This document shows positions 27,061 through 38,658 of a stretch of 64,000 bases of DNA, one piece after another. Origin of the DNA: Armatimonadota bacterium (GTDB lineage Bacteria > Armatimonadota > SYMT01); assembly GCA_046292385.1 (NCBI GenBank), contig JBKBRF010000005.1:1-64000 (forward strand). The letters are read 5' to 3'. Position numbers and translations under genes: made by a program. The notes under the pieces were generated by a model. That model ran no database searches. It was not told where the DNA came from and was given only the letters and a program-made list of their open reading frames with translations. Position 1 is the stretch's first letter; each line of letters begins with the position of its first letter.

Positions 27061-29934
27061 ATGGCAGTATCCAGGTCGCTCTTCGTCCCTTCCGTCCTGC
27101 TCCTGGCGGGACTCCTCTCCCTCAACGCTTCCGGAAGCACGCCCGTTCGGGCCGCCGCCACGGCGCCCGCCTTCCGGCTCACCGATCTCAGCAAGACTTC
27201 CGGTGCCGCAGGCGTGGCGATGGGGATCAGCCCCGCCGGGCAGGTTACCGGGCTCATTCTCGTCGGGCGGCAGCAGCAGCTCTTCCACTGGAGAGACGGC
27301 GTCCAGACCGGGCTCGGCACCCTCCGGGGCGCTTACGGCTACGGCATGGACGTGAACGACGCGGGGAGCGTGGTCGGCTACGTGGAGGACGACGAAGGGT
27401 ATCAGACCGCCGTCATCGCCCGCGCCGGCACCCTCAGCGCGCTGGAGCTGCCGGAGGCGGTCTCGAGTACCGCGGTCGGCGTGAACGCGCAGGGTGCGAT
27501 TGCCGGACGGCTCGACACCAACACCGGCAGCTGGGGTTATCTCAAGTCTGAAGCCGGGGTAGAGCTCCTCCCCCAGGATACCGATCCGCAGGCCCTGAAC
27601 GATCGGAGTGAGATCGTCGGGGAGCTGTATACCGGTCGCACGACCGAGCCATTCCTGTGGCGCGACGGCGTGCTGACGCGGCTCGGCCGCCTGGGGGGCG
27701 CAGAGGCGAGCGCCTACGGGGTGAGCTCCACCGGGCTGGTGGCCGGGGTTTCCGATACGAGCGCTGCGGACGCTGAGGGCGATCCGGTGCGGCACGGCTT
27801 CCTGTGGGATGGAGCGCTGCGCGACCTCGGCACGCTCGGCGGGCCGCTGCTGAACAGCCTCGCCGCCGACGTGAACGCAGCCGGCCTGGTGGTCGGCCGC
27901 TCCGCCGTCAATTCCGGCGCCGAGCGGGCGGTGCTCTGGCGGCGCGGGCGGATCTTCGACCTCAACTCGCTCGTCTCGGCTTCGAGCTGGACGCTGGTGG
28001 CCGCCTACGGGATCAACGACGGCGGCAGCATCGTCGGCGGCGGCCTGCTGAATGGGAGCTGGCGGCCGATCCTGCTCACCCCCGTATCGGCGGACCTCTC
28101 CGTCACCGGCAGCGCGACTCCGGCGGCGATCGAGATCGGTGAGACGGCCACCTACCGGTTCACCGTGCGCAACGCCGGCGGCGACACTGCCCCGCAGGTG
28201 CTGTTCCGCGTACCGGCGGCTGCCGGCGGCACGATCGTCTCCACCTCGGCGAGCCAGGGAACGAGTGCGGTCGGCGCCGACGGAGTCGCGTGCGAGCTGG
28301 GCGACCTGGCGAAGAATGCCTCCGCCACCGTGACGGTGGTGGTCCGCGGAAGCTCCGCGGGAGCGCTGACGCTGAACGCGGCGGTCGAGAGCCTCGGCCG
28401 GGATCCGCAGCCGCAGGACAACACGCTGGCGGTGGCGACCGGAGTCCGCGCTCCCCGTGCCGACCTCGAAGTCACCCAGAGCGCCACGCCCGATCCCGCG
28501 GCCACCGGCGAGAACGTAACCTATACGCTGACGGTGAAGAACCACGGCCCCCACCCCGCGACGGCCGTGACGCTGGTCCACCAGCTCCCCTCGGCCGCGG
28601 TCTTCGTCCGCGCGGAGCCGGCCCAGGCGAGCCGGAGCGGCGACCGCCTTACCTTCGCGCTCGGAAGCCTCGCCAGCGGCGCCAGCGGCTCCGTCCGGGT
28701 GACGGTGCTGACCGACGGCACCGGCGCGCTGGTGAGCGGCGCCTCCGTCTCCGCCGCGGAGACGGACGAAGCTCCGGAGAACAACAGCTCCGAGCTGCGG
28801 ACTTCCGTACGCGGACCGGAGGCCGACCTCGGCGTCACGGTCCAGGCCAGCACCGCGACGCCGGCACTGGACGACCGGGTCACCCTCACCTACCGCATCA
28901 CCAACTACGGGCCGAACCCCGCGGTGGCAGTGGAGCTTCGGCAGCCGGTGCCGTCGGCGCTCTCCGTCGTCTCTGCGACGGCGTCCCAGGGCACGGCCTC
29001 GATCCTGGGTGGCGAGCTGGTGGCCGTTCTCGGCAGCCTGGCACCGGGAGCCTCCGCGCAGGTGATCGTCACGGCCGACGTACGCGCGCCCGGCGTCGTA
29101 ACCGTCTCCGCGTCGGTGGACGGGGTCGTCTCGGACGGGAACGCCGCCAACGACAGCGCGGGCGTGGAGCTTCAAGTCGCCGCTCCGGTGACCGATCTCG
29201 CTCTCGCGATCTTGAACGAGGCGGCGCGAGTGAGCACGCAGTCCGGGTCGCTCCTCCGGCTCACGGTCCGCAACCAGGGCGCGCGCCGGGCCGTGGAGCC
29301 GGTCCTGCGCCTCACGCTCCCGGAAGGGGTGGAGCTGCGCGAGAGCAGCGTGCCGGCCGAGCAGGAGGGAGCGCTCTACCGTCTCTCCCTCTCCGGCGAG
29401 ATCGCGCCCGGGGGCAGCGCCGAGGTGCAGGTCCGGCTGGCGACTCCCACCGCCGGCAGCCGGGTGATCACGGCGCGGGTCGACGCCGCCGTCGTGGAGA
29501 GCGACCCCGGGGACAACGAGCAGTCGGTCACGCTGCAGGTCGTCGCCGCCGCGGCCGACCTCTCCGTGACGGCGCAGTTCGCCGCAAAGTCCGCTGCGCT
29601 CGGGAAGCCGCTGACGCTCACGGCGAAGGTCCGCAGCGCGGGGCCGGATCCGGCGAGCGGCGCGACTCTAACCGTGAAACTCCCGGCCGGCTGCCGCTTC
29701 AAGAGCGCGGACGTGCCGGTGGCCGGGACCGGCAAGGGAACGGTGACGCTGGACCTCTCCGCGCTGGCGGCGAGCGGCGAGCGCACCGCGGCGATCCAGC
29801 TCGTGCCGAAGAAAGCCGGCAAGCTGGTCTGCCGGGTGACGGTCGCCGCGGCCGAAGCCGACCCGAGCGCCGCCAACAACCAGGCGACGGTGACCGTCAA
29901 GGTGAAGGCCGCGCGCAAGCGATCGGGGAAGTAG
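27061..29934 (+). CDS. secreted protein with HAF-type extracellular repeats and five DUF11-like Ig domains
   Basis: LGTLGG..A..VN..G.VVG repeats; five xDLxV...N.GP..A...D....NN units; Lys-rich C-terminus. Confidence 0.88.
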   Translation: MAVSRSLFVPSVLLLAGLLSLNASGSTPVRAAATAPAFRLTDLSKTSGAAGVAMGISPAGQVTGLILVGRQQQLFHWRDGVQTGLGTLRGAYGYGMDVNDAGSVVGYVEDDEGYQTAVIARAGTLSALELPEAVSSTAVGVNAQGAIAGRLDTNTGSWGYLKSEAGVELLPQDTDPQALNDRSEIVGELYTGRTTEPFLWRDGVLTRLGRLGGAEASAYGVSSTGLVAGVSDTSAADAEGDPVRHGFLWDGALRDLGTLGGPLLNSLAADVNAAGLVVGRSAVNSGAERAVLWRRGRIFDLNSLVSASSWTLVAAYGINDGGSIVGGGLLNGSWRPILLTPVSADLSVTGSATPAAIEIGETATYRFTVRNAGGDTAPQVLFRVPAAAGGTIVSTSASQGTSAVGADGVACELGDLAKNASATVTVVVRGSSAGALTLNAAVESLGRDPQPQDNTLAVATGVRAPRADLEVTQSATPDPAATGENVTYTLTVKNHGPHPATAVTLVHQLPSAAVFVRAEPAQASRSGDRLTFALGSLASGASGSVRVTVLTDGTGALVSGASVSAAETDEAPENNSSELRTSVRGPEADLGVTVQASTATPALDDRVTLTYRITNYGPNPAVAVELRQPVPSALSVVSATASQGTASILGGELVAVLGSLAPGASAQVIVTADVRAPGVVTVSASVDGVVSDGNAANDSAGVELQVAAPVTDLALAILNEAARVSTQSGSLLRLTVRNQGARRAVEPVLRLTLPEGVELRESSVPAEQEGALYRLSLSGEIAPGGSAEVQVRLATPTAGSRVITARVDAAVVESDPGDNEQSVTLQVVAAAADLSVTAQFAAKSAALGKPLTLTAKVRSAGPDPASGATLTVKLPAGCRFKSADVPVAGTGKGTVTLDLSALAASGERTAAIQLVPKKAGKLVCRVTVAAAEADPSAANNQATVTVKVKAARKRSGK

Positions 29935-30011
29935 CCCTACCGCCGGGGTTGGCAGGCTGCAGGGTAGCTCCCCTTGCCGGGAATCGCTGTTTGCCTGCCA
30001 ACCCCGGCCCG

Positions 30012-30809
30012 CTATCGCGCGCCGCAGGCCTGAAGGCTCGCCTGCATGTGTCCACGCGCTTCCGCGGCGATGACGCAGCACTGTTCCACGGAGTAGCCTT
30101 TCGCGCCGATCACCTCCAGATCGACCGGTCCGGTGTAGCCGTGCTCGTGCAGCACGCGGAAGTAGCCGAGCAGGTCGATGTCGCCCCGGCCGTTCGCCTG
30201 GTCCTCCGGCTTGCCCGGGTTCTGCTGGCGCCCCTTGCAGTCGCGGATGTGGACGTGCCGGACGCGGGAGATCACCGCCGCGATCGCCTCCACCGGGTTC
30301 TCCCCCGCCCGCCAGATGTGGGACGGGTCCATGTCGATCCCGAACGAAGGGCTGCCGATCGCCTCCATCAGGCGGAGGGTGGTCGGCGTATCGTGGATCG
30401 CGGCGCCGACGTGGGCCTTCACGCAGAGCGTGACGCCGTAGCGGCCGGCGAGATCGGCGAGGCTGCCGAGGGAGTCGACCGCCTGCTGGAACGTGGCCTC
30501 GTCGCCGGTCTTCCCGCCCGGGCCGCAGTTGACGACCGGGATCTCCAGCTCGCTCGCCGCCTGGAACGCCTTCTCCATCTTCTCCCGGTCCTGCGACGGC
30601 TGCTCGATCGCGAGCAGCTCCAGCCCGTACTCCGCGCGGAGGCGGCGGATCTCCGGGACCAGCTCCTGCGCCCGCTCCAGCACCAGGTGCTCGCTCATGC
30701 CTTCGATGGCGGAGAGCTCGATGCCGTCGTACCCCGCCATCGCCAGGTACCGGAAGGCGGTCTCCAGATCGTGCCCGCCGAAGAGAACCGAATTCGCGCC
30801 CAGCTTCAT
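30012..30809 (-). CDS. sugar phosphate isomerase/epimerase (xylose-isomerase-like TIM barrel)
   Basis: GYDGIEL, DMDPSH, HVHIRD, GYTGPVDLE. Confidence 0.9.
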   Translation of the reverse strand: MKLGANSVLFGGHDLETAFRYLAMAGYDGIELSAIEGMSEHLVLERAQELVPEIRRLRAEYGLELLAIEQPSQDREKMEKAFQAASELEIPVVNCGPGGKTGDEATFQQAVDSLGSLADLAGRYGVTLCVKAHVGAAIHDTPTTLRLMEAIGSPSFGIDMDPSHIWRAGENPVEAIAAVISRVRHVHIRDCKGRQQNPGKPEDQANGRGDIDLLGYFRVLHEHGYTGPVDLEVIGAKGYSVEQCCVIAAEARGHMQASLQACGAR

Positions 30810-30994
30810 GTCTGCTCCTGTCCGCGCCCGCACCCCGGGTAGTCCCGCACCGGCCAGGCACCCGCCCGCCCGCGCGCCATCCCGTTCGGTCCGCGAGTAC
30901 AGGGTTCCTGTGCGATCCTGCCGCGAATCGGAGGAGGCGGACGGAAGACGCGGAACGGTATGGTAGCTACCCCGTCACCGCCCGCGCTCAGCCC

Positions 30995-32071
30995 ATGCCG
31001 CACGACCCCTCCCGCCAACCCACCCCGTCACGCGCTCCGTGCGCCGTCTGCGGATTCTGGCTGGATACGGACGACTTCTGCCCGCGCCGGGGCTCCCGCC
31101 TGAAGCAGCGCACCTGCCCCAACTGCGGGGTCGTGACCCCGCTGGACCGTGACTTCTGGCAGCGCAACTCCCGGGAGCACGGCAGCGGCGATTACAACGT
31201 CGCGTTCGTCTCGGTCCTGTTCGGCCTGGGAATGGCGTGCGCTCTCTGGGCGACGCTGCTGACGGCGGAGCTCTACCAGCTCGCTTTTCCCGTCAGCTCG
31301 GCGATCGGCCTGGGGGTCTTTGGCCTGTTTCTCACCCTCGGGGTACGCGGTCTCGAGCGAGCCTCCGGCTACCGGGCCGAATGCTTCCGGCAGATCGAGG
31401 AGGCGCTGCGGGACGAGCGGACCGCCTCTCCGGAGCTGCTTGGCTCCGCGGCGCAGCTCAAAGCTCGAGTGGCGGAAGCCCGGCGGGAAGGGCGCGATGC
31501 TTCGGCGCTGGAGAGAGCGCTCGCGGCCGTGCTCGCGGCGGCGAGCGCCGAGGAGGAGCGGGCTGCAAAAGCACGGGTCGTGCAGTGCCGGATCGACATG
31601 ATCCGGTGGCAGAACCAGCTCGAGCCGCTGGTGCTCGACCGGACCGGGATCCGGGAAGTCTCGGAGTGGCAGCGCCGCATCGAGCGCGTTCGGGAGCTGC
31701 GAGGCGAGGGCGAGGCGCGCCTCCGCCGGCTGCAGGAAGATTCGGTCCTGAGCGAGCTGCCGGAGGGAAAGCGGCTGATTGCCGCCTGGACCGAATTGCT
31801 TCCCGGCTGCAGCCGGCTGGAAGATGAGCTGCTGGCAGAGCAGGCGCTCTGCGCCGTCGAAGCCGTCCAGCCGCTGCACGAGGGCGTCGTCGCGCGGAAC
31901 CTCGCCCAGGCCGCCCTCGACTCCGAGTCAGTCTTGCGCCACGTCCTGATCACCCACGACTTCGGCGATCTGGACCGGGCCGTCGCCGATCTTCGCGCGC
32001 AGCAGTCGCGCATCCACGCCGAGCGCGAGGCCGCGGAAGAGCTGGTCCGCGTCGGCGCCGGTGTCTCCTAG
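30995..32071 (+). CDS. hypothetical zinc-ribbon, 2-TM, coiled-coil protein
   Basis: CAVC..CPR..CPNC N-terminus, two TM helices, long helical region. Confidence 0.7.
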   Translation: MPHDPSRQPTPSRAPCAVCGFWLDTDDFCPRRGSRLKQRTCPNCGVVTPLDRDFWQRNSREHGSGDYNVAFVSVLFGLGMACALWATLLTAELYQLAFPVSSAIGLGVFGLFLTLGVRGLERASGYRAECFRQIEEALRDERTASPELLGSAAQLKARVAEARREGRDASALERALAAVLAAASAEEERAAKARVVQCRIDMIRWQNQLEPLVLDRTGIREVSEWQRRIERVRELRGEGEARLRRLQEDSVLSELPEGKRLIAAWTELLPGCSRLEDELLAEQALCAVEAVQPLHEGVVARNLAQAALDSESVLRHVLITHDFGDLDRAVADLRAQQSRIHAEREAAEELVRVGAGVS

Positions 32072-32093
32072 AAGCTGAAAGGACCCCCACCGC

Positions 32094-33332
32094 ATGCACC
32101 GCTGGACCGTTCCCGCCGCCCTGACCCTGCTCTCCGCCGCCCTCCTGGTGCCGGCCGTTACCGGCGCGCAAGCCGGCCCGCGGGACCGCCTCCCCTCCTG
32201 GAAGCCCCTCCCGGTGGTCCAGCCGCAGGGGAAGAAGGAGTTTACCGGCTCGTACGTGGTCGAGGCGCCGGAGAAGGCGGGCTGGAAAGACCCGAAGCTT
32301 CCCTACAACGCCCGCGCGGCGACCGGACGGAAGCACGCCAAGGTGGTGGTGCTGATCTACAACCCGGTGCTGGAGAAAGAGGGCGGCAAGCGCCTGATCG
32401 ACTTCGTGAACGGTGCCGACCCGGTGGAGTACTCCCACATCCTGGCCAACGTGATCCGCGAGGCGAGCTGGGGCTACGTGAACTACGAGATCGTCGACTT
32501 CATCGAGGTCGACGGCTTCCCGAAGAAGGTCGACGGCTTCCGCTACACCGACGACAGCTTCCTCGCGGCCCGGAAGGCGCAGAAGTGGCAGCCCGCCACC
32601 TCCTCTTACCGGGGCATGTTCGAGGAGAACGGGCTCCTGGAGCGGTTCAAACGGGAGGGGATCACGGAGCTGTGGGTCTGGGGTGCGTCCGGGATGCACA
32701 TGGACGAGTTCGCGATGTACATCCCGAACCGGTACGCGCGCTTCGCCCCGACCGACAACCCCTGGTTCTACCGCCCGTACGACATCCCGGAGGAGCTGGG
32801 CCGCACCACCTGGGTGATGGGGTTCAACTACGAGGTGGGGCCGGACAACATGGTCCACAGCTACACCCACCGGGTGGAGAGCATGGCCGCCCTGGGCCTG
32901 GGCAAGGGCATCTGGGATACCCACGCGAAGCGCGACCCGTGGAACGTCTTCTCCTGGCTGGAGATGGACCACCCCGGCACGCCGTCCCAGGTCGGCAACT
33001 GTCACGTGCCGCCCAACGGGCAGGCCGGCTACGACTACAACAACAAGCGCCGCGTGGAGAGCTGGGCCGACAACTGGGCCCGCTACCCGGACCTGCGGGG
33101 CAAGCCGCGCCTCGTCTCCAGCCAGGAGTGGGGCAACAGCCAGTTCGGGTACCAGAAGTGGATCCTGGAGCACCTCCCCAAGTTCGAGGGAGCCACCCCC
33201 TACGGCTACAACAACTGGTGGGTCTACGTCGCCAACACCGACGAGGATCTCCCCGAGCTGAAGCTCCCCGACCCGGCGAAGCTCCGCCTCCCGGAAGGCA
33301 TGCCCGCCCCGGCGCCCAAGCCGGGCCGGTAA
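32094..33332 (+). CDS. secreted hypothetical protein (aromatic-rich, possible metallo-hydrolase)
   Basis: Signal peptide; strongly biased GC3 codon usage; HSYTHRVE and GNCHVPPN motifs. Confidence 0.8.
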   Translation: MHRWTVPAALTLLSAALLVPAVTGAQAGPRDRLPSWKPLPVVQPQGKKEFTGSYVVEAPEKAGWKDPKLPYNARAATGRKHAKVVVLIYNPVLEKEGGKRLIDFVNGADPVEYSHILANVIREASWGYVNYEIVDFIEVDGFPKKVDGFRYTDDSFLAARKAQKWQPATSSYRGMFEENGLLERFKREGITELWVWGASGMHMDEFAMYIPNRYARFAPTDNPWFYRPYDIPEELGRTTWVMGFNYEVGPDNMVHSYTHRVESMAALGLGKGIWDTHAKRDPWNVFSWLEMDHPGTPSQVGNCHVPPNGQAGYDYNNKRRVESWADNWARYPDLRGKPRLVSSQEWGNSQFGYQKWILEHLPKFEGATPYGYNNWWVYVANTDEDLPELKLPDPAKLRLPEGMPAPAPKPGR

Positions 33333-33346
33333 GCTCCCGAACGATT

Positions 33347-33563
33347 TCACCACAGAGCGCACAGAGGACACAGAGAGGAACCGAACGGGGAATCACCGCA
33401 GAGAGCGCAAAGGACGCAGAGAGGAACCAGAAGCGATAAACCCCGGGGCCGCTGTCCGGCACTCGTGAGGAGAACCAGGCCCAATCCTCTTGGCGAGCTT
33501 GGCGCTCTTGGCGGTGAAGGCTGGTTCCGGTTCTCTCCGCGCTCTCCGCGTCTCTGCGGTGAA
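33347..33563. repeat. nested inverted CACC(A/G)CAGAG tandem-repeat element (family D)
   Basis: CACCACAGAGCGCACAGAGGACACAGAG and CACCGCAGAGAGCGCAAAGGACGCAGAG, then complementary CTCTTGGCG...GGTGAA and CTCTCCGCG...CTCTGCGGTGAA. Confidence 0.7.
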
Positions 33564-33677
33564 TCCGGTTCGGACCGGGGTCGCGGTGAGACCAGGTTCG
33601 GAGTCCGGCGGCGTGGTTTACAATACGTGAGGGACGTCTCCCCTGCGCGCGCCCGAGAGAGAGCGAGTCTTCGAGCG

Positions 33678-35078
<1,401 letters not shown>

Positions 35079-35118
35079 GCGGGGTCCTTTACGAACTCGC
35101 GCCCCGGGACAAAGGGCG

Positions 35119-35312
35119 GCGAGGGAATGAATTCCCTCGCTGGACGGCCTTCGGCCACGCGTCCTCCGGACGCCGACATACCGCTAGCGGCAGCCGCGTC
35201 TCGAGGGGCCAAACTCCTGGTCGCCGGGACCTCTTGCTCCGACAGCAAATCGGACCATCAGCGCCCTTCAGGGTGCTTCAGAAACAAGCAGCCGGCTCCT
35301 TCAGGGGCCGGC
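35119..35312. repeat. cluster of REP-like palindromes
   Basis: GCGAGGGAATGAATTCCCTCGC (35119-35140), AGCGCCCTTCAGGGTGCT (35260-35277), GCCGGCTCCTTCAGGGGCCGGC (35291-35312). Confidence 0.55.
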
Positions 35313-35344
35313 GTACGTTGGGAGCCGTACAGCCCCCGATGCGC

Positions 35345-35373
35345 TTGACAGGCCGCGGGGTTTCCCTTAAGAT
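35345..35373 (+). promoter_or_regulatory. sigma70 promoter of tRNA-Arg
   Basis: TTGACA-17 bp-TAAGAT, 14 nt before the tRNA. Confidence 0.8.
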
Positions 35374-35387
35374 AGTCGAGCTTGCCC

Positions 35388-35459
35388 GCCCTCGTAGCTC
35401 AGCGGATAGAGCATCGGCCTCCGGAGCCGGGAGCGCAGGTTCGATTCCTGCCGAGGGCG
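35388..35459 (+). tRNA. tRNA-Arg(CCG), CCA not encoded
   Basis: Acceptor GCCCTCG/CGAGGGC; D arm GCTC/GAGC; anticodon loop CTCCGGA; T loop TTCGATT. Confidence 0.96.
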
Positions 35460-35468
35460 CTTACCGAC

Positions 35469-35498
35469 GAAGCCTCGCCATCGCGGCGAGGCTTTTCT
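35469..35498 (+). terminator. intrinsic terminator after tRNA
   Basis: AAGCCTCGCC/GGCGAGGCTT stem followed by TTCT. Confidence 0.75.
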
Positions 35499-35580
35499 AC
35501 TCAGCACCCTCTCCATCGACGAGGGGCGGGGCGCGTTTGGGCACCCCGCCCCTCGTGACGCTCTACCGCCGGTCAGCGGC

Positions 35581-38500
35581 TCAGGTGCGCGCCTCCTCGG
35601 CTTCCGCTTCCACCTGCTCGCCGCGGACCTCGTCCCCCGCTGCGGGGGCGTCCTCCACCTGGCCATTCGCCACTTCGGGCTGCTGCCGGCCGGCGATGTA
35701 GACGTCCGCTACGCTCTTCCCGGCGATGGCCCGCGCCTCCCGGATGGCGGTGCGCCGGCGCGCGAAGGCGTCCCGCTGCGGCCGGAAGCGGGAACTGCCG
35801 AGATAGCGGATCGCGTCGTGGAGCAGCACCGTGGCAACGGGATCGTCTCCGAAGCCGTTGTGGAGGCGCAGGGTGCTCACCAGCAGCTTGCCCTCTCCCC
35901 AGCGGCACTGCGCCACGCAGGAGATCGGGGCGTGGACCCACCCGACCACCATCCCGCAGTGGATGTCGCTGAAGTCTTTCTCCCCGCTCCAACCGACCAC
36001 CACCTGGTTCGGAATGACGCGGTAGTACTGCATGTCGAGCAAGTCGCCGGCGAAGGGGCTGTCCGAGGAGCGCGGGATGCGCTGGAAGAGCGGCTCGTGC
36101 TTGATCCAGGTGTAGGTGGAGACCCAGTCCCCCTCCCACGGGTTCTTCTCCCGCTTCTCTTCGTCCAGGCGCGCGCGCCGGTCGCGCACGCGGATTCCGG
36201 TGCGCTGCTCCAGCTCCGGATCGATATCGGCCGGGGAGTGCGCCAGGAAGAGGACGCTGCCGCCCGCCTGCATGAACTCCGCCACCGCCGGGTCGAGCCG
36301 GCTCACGATGGCGAACCGCGGCCGGGTGCCGTCCGCTTTCGGATGCAGCACCACCTCGTAGCCCGCGTCGGCCAGCGTGTCCTCCAGGTCCCAGAGGTCG
36401 TACGGATCGTAGACCCACACCGGCTCCTTGGTCACCGCCTTGCGGTACGCCGCCGGGAAGAAGGAGAGGTACTGGATGTTCCGCGAGACGATCCGCCCTT
36501 CGGGATCGCGCAGGCGCATGTGCAGGCGCGTCCGCACCGCTTCGGTGAGCGGCGGCACGACGAAGCTAATGCGGCCCACCTCCCGGCTGTCGCCGCGCGC
36601 GACCTCCACGTCCGGGATCGAGCCGGAGACGCCCAGCTCGCTGATGTTCCACTCCACCGTGTAGCCGCGCAGCTCCAGCCGGCTCCAGTGGGAGACGACG
36701 ACCGGCACGGAGCAGCAGTCTCCTTCCCAGTAGTTGAGCCGGTTCCAGTGGGCCAGCACCACGTCGTCCGACTGGAACTGGTGCAGGTAATGGTAGAAGA
36801 CCTTGGGGCGCCGCCAGATGTTGAGCAGGCCGTTCGCCTCCCAGTGCAGGTCGGTGAACTCCGTGATGATGTAGCCGGAGATGCTGGGATACCGGTGCAT
36901 CTCCTCGATCTGGTGCTTCAGCGCGAAGTACTGCTGCCACTGCGTGGCGATCGCGAACGCGTCGTAGCTGCCGAAGATCTCGTCCAGGTGCAGCCGGTTG
37001 AAGCGGCGCTGCACGCCGTGGGGCATCGTGATGTCGACGCCGGTGCGGAACCACGCCGGCACCTCGCCGTAGTCGGTGATCAGGTCTTTCAGCGTCGGCA
37101 GGCCCCAGTTGCCGAACTCGGAGACGACCAGCGGCTCGTCGCCGGAGCGCTCCGCGTCGCCGTTCGGGCTGAAGGTCCAGGACGGATGCTGCGCGAAGTC
37201 GCGCAGCCAGCTATTCCACTTCAGGTAGTGGTCCGGAATGTGGAAGTAGATGTGGAAGTCCTCGATGTCGGTCTTCAGGTGGAAGTTGCGGCCCCCCGGC
37301 ATGTTGCAGGGCGAGTTGTCGACCACCAGCCGGGTCGGATCGAGCCGCTTGACGTAGTGGTACATCTGCTTGAGCCAGCGGCGGTCGCGCTCGCTGCCGA
37401 TCAGGTCCGCGCCCCAGCTCTCGTTGATGATCGTCCAGATGATGGTGGAGGGATGGTTGAAGTCGCGCTCGATCATCTTGGTGATCGTCTCGCGGCCGCG
37501 GGCCATGGAGGCCTCGGTCAGCTTCAGCCAGTTCGGCAGCTCCTCCCACACCAGGATGCCGCGCTCGTCCGCCACGTCGAGGTAGCGGGGATCGGGCGCC
37601 TTGATGTGGCAGCGAAGCATGTTGAGGCCCATGTGCTTCGCCTTCTCCACCTGGTCCGCCAGGAACTCCTCGGAAGGCGGCGTGTAGCTCGTCTCCGGGT
37701 AGAAGTCCTGGTCCAGGGCGCCGCGCAGGTAGAGCGGGTACTCGTTCAGGAGGATCTTGCCGCCGCGAGTCTCCACCTTACGCATCCCGAAGCGGACCGT
37801 CAGCGCGTCGCGCTCTTGCCCGCGCTCCTCCAGTCGCACCTCCAGACGGTAGAGGTGCGGGTCGTGCAGCTCCCAGAGCCGCAGGCCCTCGATGCCGACT
37901 TCCACGAACGGCGACTGCATCGGCCGGCCCGGCGCGGAGCTCTCGCCCAGCGCCTCCGAGAGGGAGACCTCCCGCCGCTCCCCCACCTGCGCTCCGTCCT
38001 GGCCCAGGATCCGGTAGTGCAGCCGCAGCGTCTCGGCGTGGAGCTCCGGCTCGTGCAGACCCACGCGGATCAGCGCCCGGCTGCGGTCGATGTCCGGGGT
38101 TACGAGCGCCTGCGTGAAGAAGGTGGGGTAGACCGCCTCCAGGTAGACCTCCTGCCAGATGCCGCCGACCGTGCCGTACCAGTTCTGCTTCCCCATCGGG
38201 ATCTCGCCGATGGCGTAGCCGAACTTGTCCTGCAGGAAGCCGGCGATCTCCTGATAGGAGAACTCCGGGAAGCTGGGAGTCGCGTGCGCCGGGTGGACCA
38301 CCTTGACGATGATCTCCGCTTCCGGACCTTCCAGATACGGGTCGATCCGGAAGCTGAACGGCGTGTAGCCGCCCTCGTGGTCGCCCACGAACGATCCGTT
38401 CACCCACACCTGGCAGTAGTAGTTCACCGCGCCGAAGCGCAGGAAGACGGCCCGTTGGGACCAATCGGTCGGGATCTCCAGGGTGCGCCGGTACCAGGCG

Positions 38501-38658
38501 CGCCCGAAGACGCCCTCTTCCGCGGGGAATTGCGCCTCCCAGTTGCCGGGGACGGTGATCGCGCGCATTCGCTCCGGCAGTGCGTCCGGTCGGAATTCGT
38601 CTTTAGGGTCGGGAAGGAAATCCCAGGTGCCGTTGAGGGAGAGCTTGATTCGGGACAT
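35581..38658 (-). CDS. glycoside hydrolase family 2
   Basis: SLNGTWDF, FGAVNY, HEGGYTPF, RFGMR, LDQDFYP, RCHIK, WTIINESWG (acid/base), VSEFG (nucleophile). Confidence 0.94.
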   Translation of the reverse strand: MSRIKLSLNGTWDFLPDPKDEFRPDALPERMRAITVPGNWEAQFPAEEGVFGRAWYRRTLEIPTDWSQRAVFLRFGAVNYYCQVWVNGSFVGDHEGGYTPFSFRIDPYLEGPEAEIIVKVVHPAHATPSFPEFSYQEIAGFLQDKFGYAIGEIPMGKQNWYGTVGGIWQEVYLEAVYPTFFTQALVTPDIDRSRALIRVGLHEPELHAETLRLHYRILGQDGAQVGERREVSLSEALGESSAPGRPMQSPFVEVGIEGLRLWELHDPHLYRLEVRLEERGQERDALTVRFGMRKVETRGGKILLNEYPLYLRGALDQDFYPETSYTPPSEEFLADQVEKAKHMGLNMLRCHIKAPDPRYLDVADERGILVWEELPNWLKLTEASMARGRETITKMIERDFNHPSTIIWTIINESWGADLIGSERDRRWLKQMYHYVKRLDPTRLVVDNSPCNMPGGRNFHLKTDIEDFHIYFHIPDHYLKWNSWLRDFAQHPSWTFSPNGDAERSGDEPLVVSEFGNWGLPTLKDLITDYGEVPAWFRTGVDITMPHGVQRRFNRLHLDEIFGSYDAFAIATQWQQYFALKHQIEEMHRYPSISGYIITEFTDLHWEANGLLNIWRRPKVFYHYLHQFQSDDVVLAHWNRLNYWEGDCCSVPVVVSHWSRLELRGYTVEWNISELGVSGSIPDVEVARGDSREVGRISFVVPPLTEAVRTRLHMRLRDPEGRIVSRNIQYLSFFPAAYRKAVTKEPVWVYDPYDLWDLEDTLADAGYEVVLHPKADGTRPRFAIVSRLDPAVAEFMQAGGSVLFLAHSPADIDPELEQRTGIRVRDRRARLDEEKREKNPWEGDWVSTYTWIKHEPLFQRIPRSSDSPFAGDLLDMQYYRVIPNQVVVGWSGEKDFSDIHCGMVVGWVHAPISCVAQCRWGEGKLLVSTLRLHNGFGDDPVATVLLHDAIRYLGSSRFRPQRDAFARRRTAIREARAIAGKSVADVYIAGRQQPEVANGQVEDAPAAGDEVRGEQVEAEAEEART

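Noticed and set aside
25564..29175. Very long antisense ORFs (also 8464-10698, 28290-30842, 35818-38895, 60678-62936)
   Set aside because: Shadow frames of real high-GC genes; no domain motifs
33347..33563. CRISPR array (also considered near the Cas4-like gene)
   Set aside because: Repeats are short, degenerate and inverted, without regular unique spacers; no cas operon
35388..35459. tRNA-Arg as integration site of a genomic island
   Set aside because: No integrase nearby and no duplicated tRNA 3' end seen in the window
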